Source of the DNA: Puccinia triticina
Lineage: Eukaryota
NCBI GenBank assembly: GCA_026914245.1
Contig: CP110439.1
Span: 6,200,001 to 6,264,000 of the forward strand
Direction of reading: 5' to 3'
DNA: 64,000 nt
In this document: one piece after another, positions 36,777 to 46,694 of the stretch
How the letters are laid out: every line of letters starts with the position of its first letter
Numbering within the stretch: position 1 is the first letter of the stretch
Position numbers and translations under genes: made by a program
Notes under the pieces: model-generated
The model's database searches: none
What the model was told of the DNA's origin: nothing
What the model saw: only the letters and a program-made list of their open reading frames with translations

Positions 36777-38288
36777 CCAAAAAATTCCCAGATGCACACC
36801 AAAAAAGGCGTGCACTCCTGACCACTCCAAGATTTTTGGAGTGCAGGATGGTTTACTCCAAAACCAGCCCCCATTTGGAGTGCACAACCCTGCACTCCAG
36901 GTGGTATGGAGTGAACACCCCGCCACGCCAAAACCAGCCCTCAGCTCCCCTCGACCGCCGGTCTGCGGCGGCTACACATGTCCCTCTCGATGACCGGGAC
37001 CGACCGGTCATCGAGAGGACAAACACAGCACTCTCGATGACCGGGACCAACCGGTCATCAAGAGGACAAACACACCCCTCTCGATGACCGGACTTTCCCG
37101 GTCATCAAGAGGGGTTGTGTCCTCTTGATGACCGGCGTCCTCTCAATGACCGATCCGTCCCGATCATCGAGAAGGGTGTGTTTGTCCTCTCGATGACCAG
37201 TCTGTGCCGGTCATCGAGAGGGGTGTGTCCTCTCGATGACCGGTCCGTTCCGGTCATCGAGAGGGGTGTGTCCTCTCGATGACCGGTCCGTTCCGGTCAT
37301 CGAGAGGGGTGTGTTTGTCCTCTTGATGACTGGTCGGTCCCGGTCATTGAGAGGGGTTGTTTCCTCTCGATGACCGGTATGTGCCGGTCATCGAGAGGGG
37401 TGTGTCCTCTCGATGACCGGTCCGTCCCGGTCATCGAGAGGGGTGTGTTTGTCCTCTTGATGACCGGTTGGTCCCGGTCATCGAGAGTGCTGTGTTTGTC
37501 CTCTCGATGACCGGTCGGTCCCGGTCATCGAGAGGGACATGTGTAGCCGCCGCAGACCGGCGGTCGAGGGGAGCTGAGGGCTGGTTTTGGCATGGCGGGG
37601 TGTTCACTCCATACCACCTCTAGCTTAACTAAGCCTCTTGAACGGAGGGTCCGGGGAACCCCGCCCGGAGGGCTCTCCGCAGGAGAGGCTTATGAGTTAT
37701 GTCTTGATTTAAGCAGGAGCAGAAAGGATCTGCTACACTAAAAATCCCAACCAATATAGAAAAACTGAATACACAGAGCTGTAGGTTCTGTTCTTGCAAG
37801 GAATTTGAGCCACTTATCTATCTTGTAGCCAGAAAAACAACTCCTGGAGTCCCAAACAAGTGGAGCCTCATTTGGAAGACTTGTGCATTTTTGATCTTTT
37901 GAAAAGGTCAACAGATTGAGATAGAAAAAATCTGAGTAGACCAAAATGTAGAGAAAGAAAAGTAGCATAGGGTACAGATAGGGCATATTGGTGGAGAGGC
38001 TGGGGGAGGAGCTATAAAATTTTTAAAAACCTCTCAGCCAAATGAACTTTCTGCTCCCGCGTAAAATTTGGGATAATGCACAAGTCCCTCCCTGCGGGAG
38101 GGGCGGCTTCGCCGCCAGCCACAGCGCTCCCACCAGGGGGGACTTGTGTTAAGTTAGATACCACCTGGAGTGCAGGGTTGTGCACTCCAAATGGGGGCTG
38201 GTTTTGGAGTAAACCATCCTGCACTCCAAAAATCTTGGAGTGGTCAGGAGTGCACGCCTTTTTTGGCGTGCATCTGGGAATTTTTTGG
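36777..38288. mobile_element. Large foldback (palindromic) element with a central array of palindromic units
   Basis: Left arm from 36777 (CCAAAAAATTCCCAGATGCAC...) is the reverse complement of the right arm ending 38288; centre ~36984-37535 is tandem CCTCTCGATGACCGG..CCGGTCATCGAGAGG units. Confidence 0.85.
37620..38157. mobile_element. MITE with 9-bp TSD inserted in the right arm of the foldback element
   Basis: Termini CTAGCTTAAC...GTTAAGTTAG (same family as 1078-1672); TSD ATACCACCT at 37611-37619 and 38158-38166; the left arm shows the empty site. Confidence 0.88.
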
Positions 38289-38749
38289 CGTGCCTAAAGC
38301 CTGCCCCTTGTGAAAAATACCTGCTTTTGAGTGCAGAAAAGGGCAGTGGCACTCAGCGCTCTAAACACCATTTTCAGAAAAAATAAGCCTAGTGGCCAAT
38401 AGCACTCCAGCATAGTGGGCTATTCCTCAGTGAGTAGCAGCACCTTGTGCTATCAGCGCTATTTACATCAAAAAGTGGCTAAAAGCAATAAAAGTGCTTC
38501 CAGCCACTGTGCTGCTTTTGCTGTGCTATTTTGTAGCAAAAATGTAAAATAAATTTCTTGCTACCCAGAGGGTAAAATTGCTGATATTCTTCCAAAACTA
38601 GTGGTTGTCTTCTGCAGCTATCCATGGTTGGCGCTTGGAAAATCATGTGGCTGCTGCACTGCATTATTTTTCCGCTCTTTTGCGCACATTGCAGAGGTTG
38701 CGGTGTTGGCTGAGCTTTTGGTTTCTGTGTTTAACATTCTTTCCAATAA

Positions 38750-38945
38750 GGGTGTTCAAAGTTGAAATCATAAAATTTTCAATGCATAAAATCATAAAAT
38801 CATAAAACTTTCAAGTGATGATTTCATATGTACCATTCTAGAAATGTTCCTCTAATTTGAGTGCTTGGGTGCAACATAATTTTTCAGCTTAGAATTTTAT
38901 GATTTTATGGTGTTATGATTTTATGCAAGTCAACTTTGAACACCC
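38750..38945. mobile_element. Small PIF/Harbinger (Tourist-like) MITE
   Basis: TIRs GGGTGTTCAAAGTTGA / TCAACTTTGAACACCC; TAA on both sides; internal ATCATAAAAT/ATTTTATGAT repeats. Confidence 0.8.
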
Positions 38946-39363
38946 TAAATAACATGATCTTTGGTGTTTTTTGCAGAAAAAAAATCAGCTTGGAAAAATT
39001 TTCTTGTCACTTGGTTAAGGATATGTTTGAGCATAGCTAGGATAGTTGAATTTCTTGGCAGCACATTTGGTGTATTGAATTTTACATTCAGAATTTGGAT
39101 GGTGATGCAGATAAAAATAAGAAATTTAAACAGAAAGATGTTCATCTGTTGGCATGGAGTCACAGATCATTTGGAAAATAATTGACCTCAATTTACCCTT
39201 GCATGGGGAAGAGCTTTGAACGAAGAGTTGAAGTTGACATTGAATGCACAGATGTCCGTTTGACTGGAGATCACCTGCAGGCGCTTAATGTAACTATGAG
39301 CAGGTTGAAACTGCTATGGAAAAGCTACTTGAGGCTATAAAAATGAAAGAAAAGTGAAACAGG

Positions 39364-40015
39364 TCAATTTCTCAACAATGCCTGTATTGCAGCACAATTG
39401 GGTGTTTGGCAGACTGGACATGTGTATGTTATTTGGAACCATGGTTCAATGCAGTTAGCGCAAAATATATGTTTGCATCTTGGTAGCTGTTTCAATATAC
39501 CATCAGGTTGCATATATTCCTGGCAAATTGGACACAATGTCCCGGGAGGAATGTTGATACGCTGGGCTTCCCCACTAGAACTGGCTTGATCAGTGGCTGT
39601 GTGAGCCAGATTTTCTGGAGCCGTGCTGCTGGATTTTTCTTCTTTGCTCATGGCGATATTGACACTGGGCTGCCACCTCAAAAAAGATTTCAGCTCATGG
39701 AAAGCTTGAATGTTGAGGCTCAATCTTGTAAGCAAAATTTCACTCACATTTGGGGGTGTTTCTTCCGCCAAATTCAAATTGAATTGGTCCGGGAAGCGTT
39801 CAATTGTGCTGGAGTAACTAGCTGGGCCTTCAGCGTTTCCAAAGTCTGAATGGGGTGCAATTTCCATCAAAGTTTCCAGGGTCAAGCCTGGCCCAGAAAG
39901 CTGAAGACTGGGTTGTTAGCGGAAAGATTTGCCATCATCCATGACAAGATAAAGAGCGCTTAACTGTAAGATATAATAACGGCACAGTAAATTTAAAGTT
40001 TTGAAGGCCTTTCAT
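39364..40015 (-). CDS. Small RING-finger protein with signal-peptide-like N-terminus (candidate secreted E3 ligase), paralog A
   Basis: Exon 1 40015-39965 (MKGLQNFKFTVPLLYLT) splices in frame to LSGPGLTLE..; probable in-frame 78-nt intron GTGAGT..GGCAG; RING CPICQ-x-LPRCKHIFCANCIEPW-x-CPVC. Confidence 0.75.
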
Positions 40016-40954
40016 TCTTAATTAGAACATGTGAAAGGTCAAGAAGGTTTTCCAATAGTTTGGTTCAAGCATGTAAGTAATTTCTGTTGGTTTTTTGGTG
40101 GAGGGATTGCAACAATCACAAACCTAATCATTTGGCTTAGTTTGTTGCACCTGATGGTAATGAATATAAACCTGCACACACTATGCACCTGCAACAACCA
40201 GAGTGGTCGAGTTGAATAGAAATTGATGAAAGAAGGGCGTAATGGACAGCAGATCTATGCAGAAAAAGACATACAAGAAATGATGACATTTTTTTGGTTG
40301 CTTGATTGTTCGGATGTAAATGGCGCAGATCTATACGTACCACTAATAATCTTTCTTCACTTTTGAGACAACGCGGACCAACAGTTCTTGGCAAGATTAC
40401 TTTTGATCCTTGGAGTAGGGTGTGATTTTGTGTATTCTGAGCATTGTTTTGTTTCGAACGCACTCCTGATCTGAGGCGTGCGTTTGAAACAAAACAGGAG
40501 TCTCCTGAGAATTCCTAAGGAGACATAGGCTGAAAGCTCAAAAATGAAGGAACATATATTCCTTCTGAGACTTGCAGCGGGTGTGAAACTAACTTAAAGT
40601 CCCTTTTTTTGGAGGGGTGGGGGGGGGGGGGGGGGGGTACGGGCTGAGGGTCTTCCTCTCACCGCTTTTTGACCCTGCTAGACAGGGATGGGTGGTGGGC
40701 CACGTGTCAGCTTGCTGACGTTTGGTGGCAGGGTGCGGGCTTGTGATATTGTTTTGTTTAGCGGCCTTGTTTTTTTATTATTATTTTGATGAATGATGGT
40801 GGTCTCTGATTTGTTCTGTCTGTTTTGTTGGAGGGGAAACCCTTGATTTTTTATATATATTTGGTTTGTTCATTTTGTAGGGGGAACCCTTGAATTTTTT
40901 TTGCACAATTCTGAGACTTTGATATACTTGGATAACGTAACTTCCCATTGTTGC

Positions 40955-41356
40955 TTGTATGCTTAAAAATCCCACCAATAAAAAAACAAGTACAGTCAGT
41001 TGTGGACCTGGAATCCATATTCCCACAGGCCAAAAAATCCAAAAAATTCAGTGAATCATTTTGAATATGTATTCAAAAGTTTTAGAACTTTTTGACCATT
41101 TTGTACAAGGAGAAGGCTTTCAAAAATTAGGAAACTTCACCACTTACTGGTGCATTTTGGCATATCTTGAGAAAAATTTACTGATTTTTGAAAGCCTTGT
41201 CCTTGTACAAAGTGGCCAGAAAATTTAAAACTTTCAAATAAATATCTAACACAATTCACTAAATTATTTTGATTTTTTGGCCTGTGGGAATATGGGTTCC
41301 AGGTCCCCAAATGACTGTAATTGTTTTTTTTATTAGTGGTATTTTTAAGCATACAA
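40955..41356. mobile_element. Foldback/MITE-like imperfect palindrome
   Basis: TTGTATGCTTAAAAAT..CCATATTCCCACAGGCCAAAAAATC..TTGTACAAGG mirrored by CCTTGTACAA..GATTTTTTGGCCTGTGGGAATATGG..ATTTTTAAGCATACAA. Confidence 0.75.
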
Positions 41357-41895
41357 TGAAGCTTCAAAAAACTCCAAATAAATTTACAGAGGACACTAAT
41401 AAGCCTGTCTATTGACTGGTAATTTTTTTTGAAAAAGTTGCGCCCTTCACGCGCAGTGCGCTCGCGAAGTGTTTGCAAACTTTGCGCACTGCACAGTGCG
41501 CAAAGAGCTTTTTGCAGTGCGCAAAGTAAGTCCGTTAAATTAAACCCTTATTACTTTAACTACACTCATCTTGCAATGTGTATTATCTTCAATTGTCTAT
41601 ATATTTGACCTCAGTGTGTAATACTACACAGGAGTTATGCAACAATGAACTTTCTTCCTACTTGCTTCCATCACATTATTTTTTTCATCTCCCAGATCTA
41701 ATGTAGATGGATTTCTGAAGCCTCCAAAATTTGGCTGTTTGGAAAACTCAGTTTTGCTTGGTTGTGGTGGATGGTTGGTCAGGAAAAAGGGGAGATCTTT
41801 GGTAGTGTGAGGGCCAAGTTCAGTTGCCCTGGAAAATAATTCAATGTGGTGGCATGTTTATAATTTACAGTTTGTTTTAAAACAGGTTTTGCTTC

Positions 41896-42107
41896 AAGAA
41901 AAAGTCAAGAAAGTGCCACCAGTTGACATGTGAGAACTCTAAGGAATCTGTTGATTTGTTGTAAGTTGCCATTGGCCAAACTTCAATGCATGGTCACTGT
42001 GCATCATGACTGTGCAAAAAAATGATGTTTGCTTGAGCGGAGCTAGAATGGAATTTACACAGGATTATGGTGCATGTCAACTGGTGGCACTTGCTTGACT
42101 TTTTCTT
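41896..42107. mobile_element. Small MITE-like inverted repeat
   Basis: AAGAAAAAGTCAAGAAAGTGCCACCAGTTGACATG / CATGTCAACTGGTGGCACTTGCTTGACTTTTTCTT. Confidence 0.65.
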
Positions 42108-42818
42108 CTAGTGTTTGAAACTGCTTTGGGAATGTATCTGCACCAACAAAATATTTTGTCCATTTCAAATTTATTTAAAACTTTGTGGTTCTTCTTAATT
42201 TTAATGAAGCGGAGAGGATGAGAATGTAAGTGGGAGAAAAAGCTCTGCAGCTTGTTATGTGGGCCTAAATACAGTCTTGAGGGCGGGCAAGTGTTTCAGA
42301 ATTTGAGTCTTGACCTAACCCGTCTGAAGTTCTCATGCAAGTACCGCAGGTGTTGAAACCAATTCAACCTCAGAAATTGCATAAAGGGCCAAATACAGTC
42401 TTCATGCATAAATTTGCTGCAACAGATAGTGATTATTCATTCGCCAGTGAAGACACGTACCATAAGCTGCAAAGTGAAGTAGATATGAAGAAAGGAAATC
42501 TCATGAATTCTAGATGCTTGCAATAGCAAGCTTTATTCTAGAGTAGCAAACACCTGGGAATCCTTCACCTCATTTTCCAGTTTCAAATTCAACTGCTCCT
42601 TTGGACCTGGCACCGGCTGGATAAGATTGGGTATTGCGGTCTGTTTGGGAAAGTGCATCAACAACAACACCTTCAAGATATTGGACCTTGGGTAAAACTA
42701 CACCTTCCACAAGTTGATCCCATTTTCTCTCTCCATGGCAATAGCTTGTTCACACATAGTGTGCATTCTAAAATTATTTGGATAGGGTGTTTTTTGTGTT
42801 TTTTGCAGGGCATGCATC

Positions 42819-43126
42819 TGTAAGGGTGAAGTCCCCTTCACTGGAAACTGGGCTCAGAGGGGGCGCAGACACAAACTTCTACGACAAACCAAGGGTGAGG
42901 AGCTTGTATTGCGCTGGCTCAGAGAGAATGATAGTCAGTTCTCTACTGATGAAAGAGAATGAAGAAGAACAAGAGAAAGGAAAGGCCTTACCTGGCTCAG
43001 AGAGAATGATAGTCATTTCTCTACTGAGCCAGAGAAGATGAGAGCTTGAGCTATGTACAAGTATGTGAAAGGCCAGGTGTCCATTGGTGACACCTTGGGA
43101 ACCCCAAAGGAGGAGAGGGGTTTACA
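42819..43126. mobile_element. Short solo LTR (308 bp)
   Basis: TGTAA...TTACA termini, 5-bp TSD GCATC (42814-42818, 43127-43131), internal direct repeat CTGGCTCAGAGAGAATGATAGTCA. Confidence 0.8.
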
Positions 43127-43829
43127 GCATCAATCAGTAGTTAGTGATGTGTGCTGTGTTTTGTCCTCTTTTCAAAGACCGGCAATCTCTCCTAGATTAA
43201 GGTAATTCACCTGCTTTGGGGGACCCTGATGCAGCCTGGGCTGGTGCCAAGGGCCCCTCACACAAAGATCAATCCTCTAAAGGACGGACTTCTGACCAAT
43301 ATTTCACAACTGAACCAGAAGCTTGGGAAATTTTGGCAGGGAAAATGTTGCCCTCAAATTTGCCCCACCTTTATGGAGAAAAACAATCCAGCTGAAAGGC
43401 CTAATTTTTCCATTGGATCTGTGGTTGCTATAGCCCCAGTGCCAATTAAACAAGGGTTTGTGTTTTTTCATGTTGCAAAACATTCAACCAAGATCATTTT
43501 TAATACTATTCTACTGTATATGTGCATAGGTTATCAAAACAACGACTTCTGAATCACATCTCTCTCTTCTACTCCCAACATAAGTATCAATAAACATTTC
43601 AATAATTTGGCTTGGTGGGAAGCAATATGATCATTGGACGCCGCTTCAAATATTTGAACAGCCTCCCGGCGGATAGCACTTCAACAGGAATAGCTGCTGC
43701 TTGGAAGTTCTTCCTTAGGCGTAGAAATATTTAGGGCTGGTTTTGAAAGAGGCACATCAGAAGCATTTGATTTCATTAACAGTTGAGCTAAACTGAGAGT
43801 CCACAGGCAAATTCATCTACATAAAAGAC

Positions 43830-44644
43830 TTACTGGAGTATAAACTGAAACACTATAATTAGCAAAAGGCAGACAACCGCGGAAAGATAACACCGCCCGA
43901 GGAGCGTGCGCCTTCGCTGCATTTGGACCTGAACTTCGACATATCGTATTACAACTTGAGGATTTAATTGCGATGCCACATCGGGATTATTGCTTTCGTG
44001 TTCGATGTATGCCCGTTTTGCAGCAGAATCGGCCCTTCGGCACAATGGACATCTTGGATTTAATTGCAACCATGGGTCGATGCATTTAGCGCAAAACACA
44101 TGTTTGCATTTTGGTAGCTGTTTCAAGATATTATCAGGTCGCATAGTTTCCCGGCAAATCACACACAATCTTCCGGGAGGAATGTTGATGCGGAGGGCTT
44201 CCCCAGTGGCTGTGTGACCCGATGTTTGCGGAGCCGTGCTGATGGCATCTTCATCTTCACCAATGGCAAAATCTACCCCAGGCTGCTTGCCTCGGAAAAA
44301 AAAAAAAAATAAGCTCGCAGAAAGATGAAACTGAAGGCTCAATCTTATTGGCAGAATGCACACACATCCGAGGGTGTGTCTTACGCCAAATTCACATTGA
44401 GTTGGTCTGGGTAGCGTTCAAATGTGTTGGAGTAACTAGCCGGCCCTTCAGCGTGTCCCCAAGTCTGAATGTGGTGCGACGTCTACCGCAGTGTGCATGG
44501 TCAAGCCTGGCCCAACAAACTAAAGATTGCATCGTTAGCGGCAAGATTTGACAATGATAATCGCGTGCCAAAATGAAATAAAGAGCGCTTAACTGCTAAG
44601 GATGATACCCAAACAGCCGTCATAAAGTTTTGAAACAATTTCAT
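43830..44644 (-). pseudogene. RING-finger paralog B, apparently disrupted
   Basis: Same exon layout as paralog A (MKLFQNFMTAVWVSSLA|FVGPGLT..), RING CVICR-x-LPKCKHVFCAKCIDPW-x-CPLC and a C-terminal hydrophobic tail, but a +1 frameshift at the G-run (~44457-44460) and TAA (~44381-44383) where paralog A has GAA. Confidence 0.7.
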
Positions 44645-45606
44645 TCTTAAGCACGTATGACAGCTCAAGGAGGTTTTCCGACAGTTTCGCTCGAGGATGT
44701 AAGCAATTTTTGTTAGTTTCTTGATAGAGGGATTATACCTATCTATAAGCCCAAATGATTAGTTAATTTGCACTTGACAAGATGTAAGATACACCAGCAC
44801 ACAACCGAATAGATATTGCTAGACGAAGGACACGGTGGACTGGAGATCTAAATCAAAGAATGTTTGGAGAGAAATACGTGCGAGAAACAATGTTAGTGCT
44901 GTCGATTTGGTTACTTGATGGTTGGAATGGAAAACGGCGAAGACTGGCACGTACTAGTCTTTCGACGTCACTTTTTAGAGAGCACTGACCAACAGTTTTT
45001 GGGATGTTTTTGAGAGTGCCTTGGGGACATCCTTGAAGTCTAGAAGTCCCGAGGGGCACAGCTGGAAAGCACAAAAATGAAGGAAGATTCCCTCCGAGAC
45101 TTGAGACGGGTCTCAACCCGCCCGGGGACCTCTAATTTTATGTCCTGCCGCAATAGTAAATTGTAACTGGCGCCTACCGGCTCGACTCCGATTGGATAGG
45201 TTAGTCAAGACCTGTATCCCAAGGAAATTAGGATACATACAGGGGAAGAAGTGAAATCTCCAGAATCCTATGGTAGACTGGAGCCCTCTGGAGGCTCGTG
45301 ACAGCATTGTAGCGACCCCGACCCTCCTTAAGTTCACCTCATTGGCCGGTTTCAAATTCAACCGTGCCTTGGGCAAGTCATCCATCGCCTTTACCATTGA
45401 CCCTTGGCTGAGGTGAATGAAACTTCACAATCAACTTCTCTTTTACGTGATGATAGATGGGGCAAAATGTACAAGTCTATTCCTGTAGACGAGGCATGAT
45501 GACCTGGGTAGGAAGAGCTGTCAATGGGAACCGGATGGAGAGAGTCGGGCTGACTGCTGGAGGCTCTTGGCACCCATGAAAAGGTATTCGCGGCAGTCAA
45601 ACTTAA

Positions 45607-46019
45607 TAGAGATTCGGCCCACTTCAATCTCATCGAGCCTCATCCCCTCACAGCCTGTTGAACTTGCACACTGCTCTTACGGACGGTTTTTCCAGCTGTT
45701 CATATGGTCAACAAGCAGGCAATTAAAATTCCTCTTGGCAATCAAACTGAAAGCTCCAAACCGAGCCTGCAGCAATCAGGAGCGTTTGATCCGAATGCTC
45801 GTTCAAAATGACTGGGACCTTCTGCCACACCTCTTACCGTGGACAAGTGGCCGGGAGGTGGGACTGACTCGGGAAAGCTGCATGAGTATTGGAATTTTAA
45901 TTATTGCCTGCTTGTTGCCCATATGAACAGCTGGAAAAAGCGTCCGTATGAGCCGTCTGCAAGTTCAACAGGCTGTGAGGGGATGAGGCTCGATGAGATC
46001 GAGCAGGTCCGAAGCTCTA
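45607..46019. mobile_element. MITE with ~100-bp TIRs
   Basis: TAGAG..TCAATCTCATCGAGCCTCATCCCCTCACAGCCTGTTGAACTTGCA..CAGCTGTTCATATGG mirrored at ~45919-46019; a decayed partial copy at ~46505-46550. Confidence 0.8.
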
Positions 46020-46694
46020 TCAAGCTTTAGCTGTGCCCCCGGTCAAAAACTGTGGCCCAGCTGATTCAAAATTTTGATCAGCTGCTCTTTTAAACGATAA
46101 AGGGGGAGGAGTCTTATTTCAGACGAGGGATCGGGTAAAAACAGCTGCCAATGGGATTGATCCAGATGGTGTCGGGGGTGTCCTCTTCTGTGGACATGCC
46201 CGATAAACATGAAGAGTTGCCATGAGCTCCTCCTTGCAAATCCTTCTCATGAGCGAGAGCAGACACCGAGAAGGATGATGCTCTAGCCGTAGCTCTAAAG
46301 GGTCAGCTGGGATGCATATTTCTGAAAGGGGGTATATTTGGTCTTCTCATGATAACCTTCCTATTAGTACACCAGAACCTGATGGTGATCTCCTAGTCAC
46401 TCCAGCCGGACAGATGGAGAGTCGGTCTCACTGCTCGAGGCTCTTACGCTGTACATCCACCCAAAACTTGAGAAACATTTTTCGCAGCAATCAAACTTGA
46501 AAGACATTCGGACCAGTTCAATCTCATCGACCATCGTCCCCCTCACAGAGTACTCATCTGGCTTGCTCCGGCATTTCTTTGGTCAAGTACACTACAGCCA
46601 GCCAAATCAAACTCTTAATACTCGTCAAGCAGCTCTCCCGAGACAGTCCCACCTCTCAAGCACGGCAGCGGGTCCCAGTCATCCCTTGAAGAGC

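Noticed and set aside
36984..37535. CRISPR-like array of palindromic repeats
   Set aside because: Eukaryotic context, linkers are short and repetitive rather than unique spacers, no cas genes; it is the interior of a foldback element.
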